Shown here in pieces: positions 1 to 9,496 of a stretch of 58,229 nt of DNA (positions are counted from its first letter, which is position 1; the number at the start of each line of letters is the position of its first letter). The translations under genes were made by a program, and so were the position numbers. The notes under the pieces are model-generated. The model was not told where the DNA came from and did not search any database. It worked only from the letters and a program-made list of their open reading frames with translations. The DNA lies in the IMG/VR virus record IMGVR_UViG_3300043434_000302, positions 1 through 58,229 of that record, one strand, 5' to 3'. Source of the DNA: a virus (Duplodnaviria > Caudoviricetes).

Positions 1-127
1 AGCGTGTAGTTTCCGTTTTGGACGTTCTGCGGGTATTCAACAGCACCTGATGGAGCCGCGCCAGATACCCAGCCAGTTCCGTCACTTGTCAGGACGTTAC
101 CCGCTGCGCCCGATGATGTAAGCCCAG
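1..127. repeat. 127-bp terminal overlap (left copy); circular assembly
   Basis: Bases 1-127 are identical to 58103-58229, and a reading frame runs through the junction. Confidence 0.97.
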
Positions 128-254
128 TGCCGCCTGATGTTGCTGGCGTGATGTTGCCACCAGCCCACACAGTGCCATCCCATACCCATGAACCACCATT
201 GGCGGTATAGACTTGGCCTACAGTCGGGCTGGTCGGGAAATCGAGTGCTGCCAT
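1..254 (-). CDS. 5' part of Gly-rich tail fibre-like protein spanning the circular junction (joins 57064..58102; 430 aa total)
   Basis: ATG at 254 gives MAALDFPTSPTVGQVYTANGGSWVWDG..., in frame across the junction into ORF 57064..58002. Confidence 0.85.
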   Translation of the reverse strand, partial: MAALDFPTSPTVGQVYTANGGSWVWDGTVWAGGNITPATSGGTGLTSSGAAGNVLTSDGTGWVSGAAPSGAVEYPQNVQNGNYT

Positions 255-294
255 TGCTAATTCCTATGCAAATGTAATCATTACAGTGCTGACC

Positions 295-1752
295 TTAGAA
301 AAAGGTAATCGAGCCTGATGAGTTGAAAATGTATACCGTGTTGCCACCTACAGATGAAATCGTTGGAGAGCCTGTGGTTGATGTCGCTGCAATAGGCGAT
401 GATATAATAACAACGCCCGAACCGCCTGCGCTTCCCACATATCCGCCGCCGCCACCACCGCCGCCGCCTGTGTTTGCAGTGCCTGATGTTGCGCTGAGAT
501 TGCCGCCACCAGTGCCACCTCCGCCAGTGCCGCCAGTAGCGGAAAGCTGACCAGAGGGATTGCCACCACCACCACCACCACCGCGAACAACGGCAGAACC
601 TGTGATAGAAGATGACAGACCGTTACCCCCAGTTGACCCAGCACCAAAATTAGCACCAACTGCTCCAGCGCCACCGCCCCCAGCGCCATTATATGCAGAG
701 GCAGATGAACCACCCGCATTACCTTGGCCTAATGTGCCAGCACCAGCAATGTTTGGCGACCCTGCACTGCCGCCACCAGATCCGCCTTGAAGTAGTGCGA
801 CGCCACTATTAGCACCACCACCACCGCCGCCGACAGCAGTTGTAGTTCCAGTAATTGAAGTATTTGCGCCATTAGAACCGTTGGTAAAATTCGGCCCACC
901 GTTGCCACCCGCCCCAACCGCTACTGAAAGCGTTGTCGGAAATGGGCTGATATTGCTAGAGCCAGCAACATACCCACCAGCACCACCACCACCGCCGCCG
1001 TAGCCACCACCGCCGCCACCGCCTGCGATACTAAGAAACGTAAACGCAAAAATTTGATTTGCTATAGTTCCAGTCGTGCTTTCCCAGATATTAGTTCCGG
1101 TTTTAAGCAGTTGCACTGAATTATTTGGTTGCAAGCTAGGGTATGGCAAAGCAGACGCCGAACCGTTGGGAATTACCGAAACACCAGAAGCACTTAAAAT
1201 TATTTGCGTTGTTCCCCTGTTCACAATCGTAATCAAAGTGCCAATGGGGAATGCCACCGATGCGTTTGTTGGGATGGTGATTGTCTGTGCGCCAGTGTTG
1301 GCAGAATAAATGTGCTTACCAGCGTCAGCTAAAACAAGCGTGTAGTTGCCATTTTGCACATTTTGCGGACAGGTAACTGCCCCAGATTCACCTTGTGGGC
1401 CTTGTGGCCCTTGCTCCCCTGTCGGCCCCGCTGGGCCTGTCGCGCCAGTTTCACCTATGCTAAACGACACCCATTGCGCGGTGTTGCCATCATCATAATA
1501 AATATATGAAGCGCCGGTGTCGCTATCCCACCAAACTGTTCCTGCTGTTGGAGATGCTGGTGCAGTTTCGCTGATCACAACGCTTGCGCCACCGCCCGAA
1601 GCAGGGCTTGATACCCAGCCATCACCATCGCTGGTCAATACGTTACCAGCAGTGCCAGCGGAAGTTAAGCCCGTGCCGCCTTTGGTTGAAGGCAGTGTGC
1701 CTGACGCCGTCGATACGTTTACCGGAGGGAGAATGCTTGAGAGGGTTGCCAT
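295..1752 (-). CDS. Gly-rich tail fibre-like protein with short collagen-like repeat
   Basis: 485 aa with a GxxGxx tract (GPAGPTGEQGPQGPQGE) and a Gly-rich C-terminal domain; paralogous to the junction-spanning gene; lies in the tail module. Confidence 0.75.
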   Translation of the reverse strand: MATLSSILPPVNVSTASGTLPSTKGGTGLTSAGTAGNVLTSDGDGWVSSPASGGGASVVISETAPASPTAGTVWWDSDTGASYIYYDDGNTAQWVSFSIGETGATGPAGPTGEQGPQGPQGESGAVTCPQNVQNGNYTLVLADAGKHIYSANTGAQTITIPTNASVAFPIGTLITIVNRGTTQIILSASGVSVIPNGSASALPYPSLQPNNSVQLLKTGTNIWESTTGTIANQIFAFTFLSIAGGGGGGGYGGGGGGAGGYVAGSSNISPFPTTLSVAVGAGGNGGPNFTNGSNGANTSITGTTTAVGGGGGGANSGVALLQGGSGGGSAGSPNIAGAGTLGQGNAGGSSASAYNGAGGGGAGAVGANFGAGSTGGNGLSSSITGSAVVRGGGGGGGNPSGQLSATGGTGGGGTGGGNLSATSGTANTGGGGGGGGGYVGSAGGSGVVIISSPIAATSTTGSPTISSVGGNTVYIFNSSGSITFF

Positions 1753-1753
1753 G

Positions 1754-2020
1754 TTACTCTCCGGTTGATGGCGACACGGGCCATGCGATGTTAGATGGGT
1801 CGGTCTGCGTCGTGATGTCGAGCAAGGTTTGGTGGTTTACCTTCGATGCAGCGGCGTCTGCCGAAGCGTCAGGACGCAGGTCTACAAACTCACCATCAAT
1901 ATAAGCCCAGCCAATGCCAGCGCCTTTTGGGAGCAAAACCCAGCCTTGTTCAGCGGCGTAATCCGCCTCTGCTTCGACCGAGTTAATAACCAAGGTATTT
2001 TCAATGATTGCATAGCTCAT
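1754..2020 (-). CDS. small tail fibre-associated (assembly/chaperone-like) protein
   Basis: 88-aa ORF tightly packed between two fibre genes; YAIIEN..VIN...GIGW.Y.DGEF pattern. Confidence 0.55.
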   Translation of the reverse strand: MSYAIIENTLVINSVEAEADYAAEQGWVLLPKGAGIGWAYIDGEFVDLRPDASADAAASKVNHQTLLDITTQTDPSNIAWPVSPSTGE

Positions 2021-2023
2021 AGG

Positions 2024-4096
2024 TTAATACTCAATTATCACAACGCCAGCGGCCCCATCGCCACCGGTGCCACTTGAAGTATAAATACGCGACCCGCCGC
2101 CGCCACCGTATAATCCGCCGTCGGTGCCGAGTGTAGACATTGCGGGTGCTCCACCGCCAAGTATAGAGTTACCGCCTTGACCCACGCTCCATCCACCATT
2201 AGCGCTTGATTGCGAACCACCTTGACTAGCGCCGCCGCGGATGTTCAAATCCCCGCCACTTCCAACACCGCCAGTGGACCCTTGAAGCGAACCATTGGAT
2301 CGTCCGCCAGCTCCACCAGTTGCAGATATTGTAGTTATGGTCTCCGTGCCAGATGCAAGACTGGACGATCCACCACTCCCTCCGGTAGAAGTATATGCAG
2401 ACCCATTCCCGCCAGAACCAACTGTGACCGTTAATGTATTGCTAGGCGTTAAACCACTTAGAATTTTTATAGCGGCCCCTCCGCCAGCGCCACCCCCACT
2501 AGAGCCAGTGCCGTTTGCGCCGCTTGCGCCGCCGCCGCCACCGACAACAGTTACTTTAATCTTGGTGATGCCAGCAGGAATGGTAAACGTGCCAGATGAT
2601 GTGAATACTTCAATATTGCTAAACCCGCCAGCGGCGGTGGGTGCTGCGCTTGTCCATCCCGTACCATCACTAGTCAGGACGTTACCAGTAGCACCAGCCG
2701 ACGTTAAGCCAGTGCCGCCTTTGTTTGCGGGTATCGTGCCTGTCAGGTCACTCGTTGGGATTGTGGCTGAAGCGGTAAAGGGTGAAGTGCCGTTACCCTT
2801 AACGTAGCCGGTGAGGGTCGACACGCCCGTTCCGCCATCAGATACCTCAAGGGTTCCAGCAGTTGCGCCTCCAGCTCCGCCAGCTTGTGCGAATACGTCC
2901 CAAGTCGTACCGCTGTAAACAAACTGCACGCTGACGCCAGAGATGTCGCAGATAAGGTCGCTGGCATCGCCTTCAATGGTCGAGCCGTTACGCCCAATCG
3001 TCAAGTTATTTGTGGCCCATGATCCTACGCTATCAGTAACAATAACCTGATCGCCCACCGCTGGAGTGGCAGGAAGGGTAACTGTGAAGGATCCGCCGCT
3101 AGTGCTGGTTTGCACACCGTCATTTGCGGAAGCTGTATAGTTAGACGTCTTGACCGTAGTGTATGTTATGCCACCGGCTGCGGGGGGTTGCGATGACCAC
3201 GCCGTGCCATCGCTGGTCAGCACATTCCCAGCAGCGCCAACCGAAGTTATGCCGGTCCCGCCACTTCCTGCAGGCAGGGTACCAGTGACGTTCGTTGTGA
3301 GGCTTACGGTCGAAAGATACCCGCTTGGGTTTGATGCGTTGTAAGGCGTGTATCCAAGCGCCGTTACAATTGACTTGTTTTCCCACAGACTTGTCGATGT
3401 GTTGTAAAACAGGCCATCGTTGTTTGATGGAGTTTGAACCGCCACATCGTGCAACTCATCCATCTCATAGCCGTTTTGGACTTTGACAAATAACTTGCCC
3501 TGCGATGGGTGAGCGTGTTCCACCACAGCCATGTAAACCATGTGGCTTGGGGCATGTGGCTTGGTCGCCGTCAGTGTCCCAGCCGTTGTGGGGCTGAGGT
3601 ATAGTTGCTGCCCATCCGTGTAAGCAGACGTATCGATATTAGTGATGGTTCCGATCAGCGTGACGTTGCCATTGGAATTGTTGGCGATGTTGGCTGTGAC
3701 CAACCCAAGCGTCTGTGCTGACGTTGCATCGCTGGTTGCGATTGCCTTGCTGACAGTGGAAAGTTGACCAGTAGCGCCGCTAATATAGACAGCAGTGCCT
3801 TTTGTAAGCGTTGCGCCAGTGGTGTTACGAACAGGCAAAACAACATTGGATGTTGATCCAGCGACGGCAACAGATAGGTCGATGTTTGTCGTTCCAGTCA
3901 CGGCAATAGAGCCATCAGCCGATCCTATGGTCGGCTTTCCAGTCAGATCTGCATACGCGCCAGTAGTTGCTACGGTAGCGAGGGACGAGGTATCAGCCTT
4001 CGTCCCCAGCTCCGTATTCAGATTCGTGAAGTTTGCATCAACTTCATCGTTGGTAAGAGGCGAGCCTTTTCCAGACCGCGTAACAATAGTAGCCAT
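2024..4096 (-). CDS. Gly-rich tail fibre protein
   Basis: 690 aa; fibre-type N-terminus (TRSGKGSPLTNDEVDANFTNL), two GGTG...GNVLTSDG modules, Gly-rich C-terminus. Confidence 0.75.
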   Translation of the reverse strand: MATIVTRSGKGSPLTNDEVDANFTNLNTELGTKADTSSLATVATTGAYADLTGKPTIGSADGSIAVTGTTNIDLSVAVAGSTSNVVLPVRNTTGATLTKGTAVYISGATGQLSTVSKAIATSDATSAQTLGLVTANIANNSNGNVTLIGTITNIDTSAYTDGQQLYLSPTTAGTLTATKPHAPSHMVYMAVVEHAHPSQGKLFVKVQNGYEMDELHDVAVQTPSNNDGLFYNTSTSLWENKSIVTALGYTPYNASNPSGYLSTVSLTTNVTGTLPAGSGGTGITSVGAAGNVLTSDGTAWSSQPPAAGGITYTTVKTSNYTASANDGVQTSTSGGSFTVTLPATPAVGDQVIVTDSVGSWATNNLTIGRNGSTIEGDASDLICDISGVSVQFVYSGTTWDVFAQAGGAGGATAGTLEVSDGGTGVSTLTGYVKGNGTSPFTASATIPTSDLTGTIPANKGGTGLTSAGATGNVLTSDGTGWTSAAPTAAGGFSNIEVFTSSGTFTIPAGITKIKVTVVGGGGGASGANGTGSSGGGAGGGAAIKILSGLTPSNTLTVTVGSGGNGSAYTSTGGSGGSSSLASGTETITTISATGGAGGRSNGSLQGSTGGVGSGGDLNIRGGASQGGSQSSANGGWSVGQGGNSILGGGAPAMSTLGTDGGLYGGGGGSRIYTSSGTGGDGAAGVVIIEY

Positions 4097-4118
4097 CTTA
4101 AACTCGCCTCAAAGAAAA

Positions 4119-4568
4119 TTATGCAGCGCCGATGGTCACAGTCCAAGTGATCGACATCGTGTCCGTTGCCTCTTTGTTTACAACACCAAAGACGGTGCGG
4201 CAAAGCATTGTTCCGTTGCTGGCTGCGTTGAACAAACCTGCTTCAGTCACTGCCCCAGTACCAACACCAGCGCCAAAAGTCGCAACATATGCAACGGCAT
4301 TGTCGGTGACCGTAGTCGAAACTAAAGCTGCGCGACCAAGCTCAGTGCCAAGTGCTGTGTTTCCACCCGCAGCAGCAGCAGTACCTGAACCAATAGCCAT
4401 GTTAGACATTGCTGCAGCAGTTGCATCTTTCATGCGGCTTGCAATGAAGCCAAGGCCAGTGCTGACAACTAGGTTGTCGACGGTCTGTTCTTGTTTGATT
4501 GTGCCATCAATATCAATGACTTGGATATTCAGTCGGCCAGTGGCCTTAATTATTTCGTTCGTGTTCAT
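4119..4568 (-). CDS. virion structural protein
   Basis: 149 aa; NLVV.TG...MAIGSGT...TEAGLFN pattern typical of tail-associated proteins; structural context. Confidence 0.6.
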   Translation of the reverse strand: MNTNEIIKATGRLNIQVIDIDGTIKQEQTVDNLVVSTGLGFIASRMKDATAAAMSNMAIGSGTAAAAGGNTALGTELGRAALVSTTVTDNAVAYVATFGAGVGTGAVTEAGLFNAASNGTMLCRTVFGVVNKEATDTMSITWTVTIGAA

Positions 4569-4576
4569 GTTTAACC

Positions 4577-5587
4577 TCAGAATGTTCTTGTAGCGCCAAC
4601 GTAATCTTCCATGAAGTAACTTATATCGCAGTACCCTTGGCTTCTAACAAAGCCTGAGTCGGATGTCACCGCATGATCTACACGCGATTTACCGAAGGCC
4701 TTTGTCGACACCTCTGAGGTATACGCTGCATCGCTATACACTCTTGAGAAGGTTGAGACAATCGCGATGATGTCTTGAGTTACAGCTATGTCGGATCGTG
4801 ACTTAAAGAACTGAATTATTTGGTCATCGCCTACAGACGCGCCGTTAACGTCATCTGTCGCATAAGCCAAATCCGATAGAGCTTTATTAACTACGAGCGA
4901 GCGAACATCAAACGATTGCACGCCATCTACTTGCGTTTTTCCAAACGCCTTGCTTGAAACATCAGCGATAACAGGGTTGTCGGAAAATGTCCGCGCAAAG
5001 ATCGTTGTTTTTGATAGCACATCCATTGCAGCGGTCGATTCAGATAACGATCTTCCAATCGACTTGATCGAGATATCCGACACCGACAATGTATCCACTT
5101 TGCTTTTAGTGGTACTTTTGTGCGCATAATCCACTCCGGTTAACGCCTCTGTGAGCGATTTACCGGAACTTCGAAACATAGCTTCGCTTGCAGCCGCTGC
5201 ATCGTTTCTTGTGCGACCAAGTGACTTTACGGCTGTGTCGGTTACTGCCGCATTGTCCGACACTGTCTTGCCAAAAGCGCGGCGAACTTGATCAATGACA
5301 CCTGCCAAATCCGCAAATGTTCGAAAGATTAAGAACTGACCAAAGGCAGTGGTAATGTACGGACGAATTGAGGAGGTTGTGGCAGTGAGACGTCTGTAGG
5401 CTTGCTGGGCAGTAAGCAATACGTATTGGCTTGCGGACGACAGAAGCCTGTAACGAGCCTGCGCCTTAAGCTCTACGTGCTCAGTGGTGGCTGACAGCTC
5501 CGTGTACTCGAGTGGTGTTACCTCTAGCTTTCGGACATCTACTGAGTTGTCGCCAGTACCACCAGCTCTGATACCGGCATCTGCCAT
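4577..5587 (-). CDS. repetitive virion structural protein
   Basis: 336 aa with recurring D-x5-D-x5-(F/L)GK units; lies between structural genes. Confidence 0.55.
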   Translation of the reverse strand: MADAGIRAGGTGDNSVDVRKLEVTPLEYTELSATTEHVELKAQARYRLLSSASQYVLLTAQQAYRRLTATTSSIRPYITTAFGQFLIFRTFADLAGVIDQVRRAFGKTVSDNAAVTDTAVKSLGRTRNDAAAASEAMFRSSGKSLTEALTGVDYAHKSTTKSKVDTLSVSDISIKSIGRSLSESTAAMDVLSKTTIFARTFSDNPVIADVSSKAFGKTQVDGVQSFDVRSLVVNKALSDLAYATDDVNGASVGDDQIIQFFKSRSDIAVTQDIIAIVSTFSRVYSDAAYTSEVSTKAFGKSRVDHAVTSDSGFVRSQGYCDISYFMEDYVGATRTF

Positions 5588-5596
5588 TGGTTACTC

Positions 5597-5971
5597 CTAA
5601 GAAAACTGCTCGCGGATCTGCAGCTTAATCAGGTCATATACCGTTTGAATTCCACCACCAGCTTCGGTGTATTCGATCTCACCCTCAAATGTACCAGAGG
5701 TATCCAGAGTTGTGGCGTTAAATATGAAGACAACCTCACCTGCCACAGCATTGGTGTTTGTTCCGACAAGCGTTGACTTGGTGCTAGATCCGCCGATCTC
5801 GCGCACGCGCAGGCGAACGGTGGCTCCTGTAAGATTGACCGGAGCCCACGTAGTAGGATCATCTAGGTCAAGAGTCTTACCGGCTGCAGCCTGATTACGG
5901 TCACGCACAGTGATCTTGAGCTGGGGTAGCGTATCGCCCTGAACGAGATATAGGGTTTCTGAATAAGCCAT
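5597..5971 (-). CDS. BppU N-terminal-like virion protein
   Basis: LVQGDTLPQL...VNLTGATVRL...GEIEYT...IQT motif pattern. Confidence 0.6.
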   Translation of the reverse strand: MAYSETLYLVQGDTLPQLKITVRDRNQAAAGKTLDLDDPTTWAPVNLTGATVRLRVREIGGSSTKSTLVGTNTNAVAGEVVFIFNATTLDTSGTFEGEIEYTEAGGGIQTVYDLIKLQIREQFS

Positions 5972-6591
5972 TAGATGAACTCTCTTGCTTTAACCGTAAG
6001 TGCAGCGCCACTGTGGCCGAACTTAGCCTGACGCATAGCTGCAGCAACACCGCGCTCGTAAAGCTGCCTATTAGCACCGGCAGCAGCGCCATCCATCCAA
6101 GGCTGTCCAGACATCATCTGCAGTCGGAACAGGGCTCCAGCTACGAGCGTCTCACGATGCTCAAGGCCAATGGTGTCCGGAATCGACGTCGAGGACTGTG
6201 TAGGCTTAAGCGTGTACAGAACCTTAAGGTTCTCCCGTCCCTCTGGCTTAGGGCCAATTAAGACGTTTCGGTTGTCGTACTGTGAGAAGTACGTTGCGGG
6301 ACCGAAATCAGACAGCTCAATCTTCATGAAGGCGTCTTCATAAGGGACAGCCTCCAGCGGTCGACCGTCACGCAAGATCGACTTCACATGATTGGGCTCA
6401 GTGCCAGCGGGTGCGTCGAGCTCATAGTCCGTCACACCCCTTGTTACAGTCAGCGTCTGGGGCTCTGCACGATACAGATCTGTGCGTCCACAGAAGTCTA
6501 TGCAAGTGTCTCTGATAGCCCTCTCAGCGGTAAACTCAGGGCAGGACGGAGCCTCGCTCAGGACGTAGACGAAGAGGTCGCTGTACTTCAC
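5971..6591 (-). CDS. head-tail adaptor-like protein
   Basis: 206 aa (P.CP....RAIRD..IDFC); downstream of the capsid gene; coupled to its neighbours. Confidence 0.6.
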   Translation of the reverse strand: MKYSDLFVYVLSEAPSCPEFTAERAIRDTCIDFCGRTDLYRAEPQTLTVTRGVTDYELDAPAGTEPNHVKSILRDGRPLEAVPYEDAFMKIELSDFGPATYFSQYDNRNVLIGPKPEGRENLKVLYTLKPTQSSTSIPDTIGLEHRETLVAGALFRLQMMSGQPWMDGAAAGANRQLYERGVAAAMRQAKFGHSGAALTVKAREFI

Positions 6592-7259
6592 TGGGCGGTA
6601 CGCCGTGGTTTCTGAGCTTCCATGCTTTCAAGTAAGCCGCCATCTGCCTGCGACTTGATGCCAAGAGACGTTGTGAACGCCTGATAGTACACAGCGGCGC
6701 GGTTGAGATTGGCGAACTCGCTGTCTTTCTGGTAAGCGCGGTACATCATGTAGTCCATCAGCGCGTTTGCGTAGATGTCGTCAATGCCGATCACTTGCGT
6801 GTCAGTCGTGTAGTTCGAAACAACGATATCAACCGGTGCCATCGCGTAGATGATATCGATCTCGTCGTCAGCAGCAGGCTTAGGGAAGACGTAAAAGTTC
6901 TTCGGGTCTAGCGCGTCGTAGACGTAGTGCTTTATGCCGTCACCGCCCACGGGAGTTTCGTACCACGTCGGAAGCTGGACATCGAGAATGCTGCGGTCGA
7001 CCTTAGTGATTGCTCGACCTTCAGTGTTGCGAAGCACGCTTATCAGGCGAAGTCCGTCTGCAGGCAATGTCTGTTTTGCAGCATTCACACATGTAAACGG
7101 AGCGTTAACTGCCTTCGCATCTGGGCGAAACAGCACGACCTGCCGCTGTGCATCATTAAGGTAGTTCAGCAACTCACTCTGAGTCCAACGAACAAACGTA
7201 GGATCTTGGAGTGTGATGCTAACCCGATTGATTAGATCAACAGCTTTGGTCGTCGCCAT
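6588..7259 (-). CDS. adaptor protein, DUF6682-like
   Basis: LQDP.FVRWT..ELL.YLNDAQ....RPDA and ALMDYMMYRAY.KDSE motifs. Confidence 0.7.
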   Translation of the reverse strand: MATTKAVDLINRVSITLQDPTFVRWTQSELLNYLNDAQRQVVLFRPDAKAVNAPFTCVNAAKQTLPADGLRLISVLRNTEGRAITKVDRSILDVQLPTWYETPVGGDGIKHYVYDALDPKNFYVFPKPAADDEIDIIYAMAPVDIVVSNYTTDTQVIGIDDIYANALMDYMMYRAYQKDSEFANLNRAAVYYQAFTTSLGIKSQADGGLLESMEAQKPRRTAQ

Positions 7260-7264
7260 TTAGT

Positions 7265-7534
7265 TTATTCCCACTCAATAACTTCAAGGTCTGGATTGCC
7301 CTTATATAGAGGACTCCAGAACCATTCTACACCCGTTTTCAAATGGCGCACGATTTTTGGTTGGCGATCAGCTTTGACTTTAGCCTCAACAACCTTGCCC
7401 TTGTTATTTACGAGCGTTTTTACGTGCTCAACAAGATCTTCAATGCGGCGACGCTTGTCGAGCTCTACGGCGAACTTGTCTCGTGCGTAGATGTCGAGCT
7501 CGTCTTTGCTCATGTCTTCAATAGATTTTTCCAC
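7265..7534 (-). CDS. hypothetical protein
   Basis: 89-aa ORF with GAGG RBS in the late operon. Confidence 0.65.
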   Translation of the reverse strand: MEKSIEDMSKDELDIYARDKFAVELDKRRRIEDLVEHVKTLVNNKGKVVEAKVKADRQPKIVRHLKTGVEWFWSPLYKGNPDLEVIEWE

Positions 7535-7590
7535 GGTGTACCTCGTTCTCTACAGAGTAGAGGGCGGTATCTGCTCCGCCCTCACCTATG

Positions 7591-7618
7591 AAGAGAGGGG
7601 CAGGGTTTCCCCCGCCCC
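7591..7618 (-). terminator. probable leaky terminator after the capsid gene
   Basis: GGGGCGGGG-GAAA-CCCTGCCCC followed by weak TCTCTT; a second hairpin lies at 7560-7583. Confidence 0.5.
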
Positions 7619-7625
7619 AATCCTA

Positions 7626-8486
7626 TTAGGCAGTCGTCTTGAGCTTCATGGTGACGAGGGCGTTAGGAACAACGACCTTGTAACCGTAAACCTTCAGACC
7701 GCGAACGCCGTCGCCGAACGTGTCGGTCAAGCGAACTGTTTCAGTCTTCACGAACTGCGAAGCGAAGCAGGTAGCTTTAGGGTGACCAGCAAGGCAGAAC
7801 GTCTTGCCAGCGTCGCCACCCGAACCAATCGAAAGCAAGTTCGACTGATAGATGGTGAAGCGGTCAACCTGACCAACCTTACCGTTGCGGAGTGGCGAAG
7901 CTGCGTCACCGGTCAAGTAAGCTTGACGCAGTTCCGACTTCTTCAACATCTCGATGTAGAGAGGCGAGAGAACGAGAAAACGATCCGAATCAGGGATGTT
8001 CAATTCGTCCAGCTTGCGGCCAGCTTCGAGGATGTGGTTCAGAAGGGTTGTTTCTGAAACCGACGCCTTGTCCAAAATGGTCGTTGCAGCGGTAGGGATG
8101 TTGCCGAGAACGTCGGTCTCAACAGCAATACGCATCTGCTCAGCAGCATCCTTCGATGCTTCATTCTGGAACGCGATGTCGGACTGAACCTTGAGGATGT
8201 CGTCTACCTTGAAGGCATACGACTTCGCCTTGTCGATGTTCAGCTCGACGATTTGAGTGGTGACATCAGCATACGAAACTGAGCCAGTGTAGTCGCCTAC
8301 AGTGACGTTAGGAACGGTGCGGATGTTTACCTTGTTACCCTGACCCGAGATTTCACCTTCATATTCGGTGTTCGAGATCGATGGGAGTACTGACGAGGCA
8401 TAAAACTTCGCTTGAAGCTTCTTCGAGAAAATTTCAGGAATGAAGTTCGCAGCGGAGTTTGAACCAGCGGTAGGAAAAGCAGGCAT
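7626..8486 (-). CDS. major capsid protein
   Basis: 286 aa; FIPEIFSKKL...YEGEI...G.KV.I and GLKVYGYKVV.P motifs; follows portal and scaffold. Confidence 0.9.
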   Translation of the reverse strand: MPAFPTAGSNSAANFIPEIFSKKLQAKFYASSVLPSISNTEYEGEISGQGNKVNIRTVPNVTVGDYTGSVSYADVTTQIVELNIDKAKSYAFKVDDILKVQSDIAFQNEASKDAAEQMRIAVETDVLGNIPTAATTILDKASVSETTLLNHILEAGRKLDELNIPDSDRFLVLSPLYIEMLKKSELRQAYLTGDAASPLRNGKVGQVDRFTIYQSNLLSIGSGGDAGKTFCLAGHPKATCFASQFVKTETVRLTDTFGDGVRGLKVYGYKVVVPNALVTMKLKTTA

Positions 8487-8517
8487 ATTAAATTGACCTT
8501 ATTACAACAGGATTGAA

Positions 8518-9432
8518 CTAACGGACTCGTCCCTCTAGATACGCCTGATCGATCTCTGCCGAACGTCGCTCGAATTCATCGAGTGGCATGCGGGTGATCT
8601 CTTGGCGGCTCCAAATTCGCTTGCCCGAGCTTGGGTCCGGTCGTCGGGCTTTGGGGAGCGTGGGTTCTGCAACCCGTCGCGCCTTCTCAACCTTTGAGAC
8701 CGGCTGTTGCGGCTGTGTATCGAAGACTTCCTTATAACGATTGATAAGCTCGACTACCTCATGGGCGCTGCCGTCATTGGCTACACGCTGCCATACAGGC
8801 GTCTGACGCTCTAACCATCCAACAAAGTCATCTGACGTGACGATATCGTCCATATCAGGGTGCGACTCGCGAATAGTGTCAAAGTGCTCGTTAAGAGTGC
8901 TCTGACTTTCAGTCGTTTTAACTTGGTCTCTATACTGTGTGACTGTCTGCTCTAGCTTTGCCAGCTTCTTCAGAAGCGGTGCAGCGATGTCTGGATATTC
9001 CTCAGCGAGGGTTTTCAGATCATCATCTTCACCGTCTCCTCTGTGCTGGACATTTTCCAGTTCAGAGCTCAGCTCCGCATTCCGCTGACGTAGCGCGATT
9101 ACTTCTTTGCGCAAATCCGCCGCTTCTTGCGTCGCCTTTGTCATTCGAGCCTGAGCATTCTTGATACGCTCGTTAGCGAGTTTGATCTGCTGCTGCAGGT
9201 CACCATCGCTTTCATCAGGATCTTGATCGCCGCGATCTTCTTCCTGTGGAATCTCTTCGCCGTCTTCCCCAGTGTCCGTCGATTCTACGGGTGGGTTTTC
9301 ATCTTCCTCTGGCTGCGGCGGGGTGTCGGTTTCTTCAGCATTCTGCTGATTCTCCGGTCCGTCCTGCTCTGCCATCATCTGTTTCAAAAGTTCGTCGGCT
9401 TCTTGCTCAAGCTTCTCAGGGTCTACCTTCAT
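8518..9432 (-). CDS. capsid scaffolding protein
   Basis: Acidic N-terminus, coiled coil, basic C-terminal tail (EIDQAYLEGRVR); lies between portal and capsid. Confidence 0.8.
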   Translation of the reverse strand: MKVDPEKLEQEADELLKQMMAEQDGPENQQNAEETDTPPQPEEDENPPVESTDTGEDGEEIPQEEDRGDQDPDESDGDLQQQIKLANERIKNAQARMTKATQEAADLRKEVIALRQRNAELSSELENVQHRGDGEDDDLKTLAEEYPDIAAPLLKKLAKLEQTVTQYRDQVKTTESQSTLNEHFDTIRESHPDMDDIVTSDDFVGWLERQTPVWQRVANDGSAHEVVELINRYKEVFDTQPQQPVSKVEKARRVAEPTLPKARRPDPSSGKRIWSRQEITRMPLDEFERRSAEIDQAYLEGRVR

Positions 9433-9496
9433 ATCTCACCAATGTTTGCGGGTCCGCTACGGAGTGTCCGCGTTTCGTTTAGAAGACGGGTGTCTC

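Noticed and set aside
315-328. CTGATGA-GTT-GAAA, resembling a hammerhead core
   Set aside because: There is no room for stem II and no supporting stems; it lies antisense within a fibre CDS.
323-2807. Pro-rich plus-strand ORFs opposite the fibre genes (also at 57104-57811)
   Set aside because: Shadow frames produced by GGN glycine codons on the coding strand.
295-4096. Diversity-generating retroelement among the fibre paralogues
   Set aside because: No reverse transcriptase and no near-identical repeat pair differing only at adenines.
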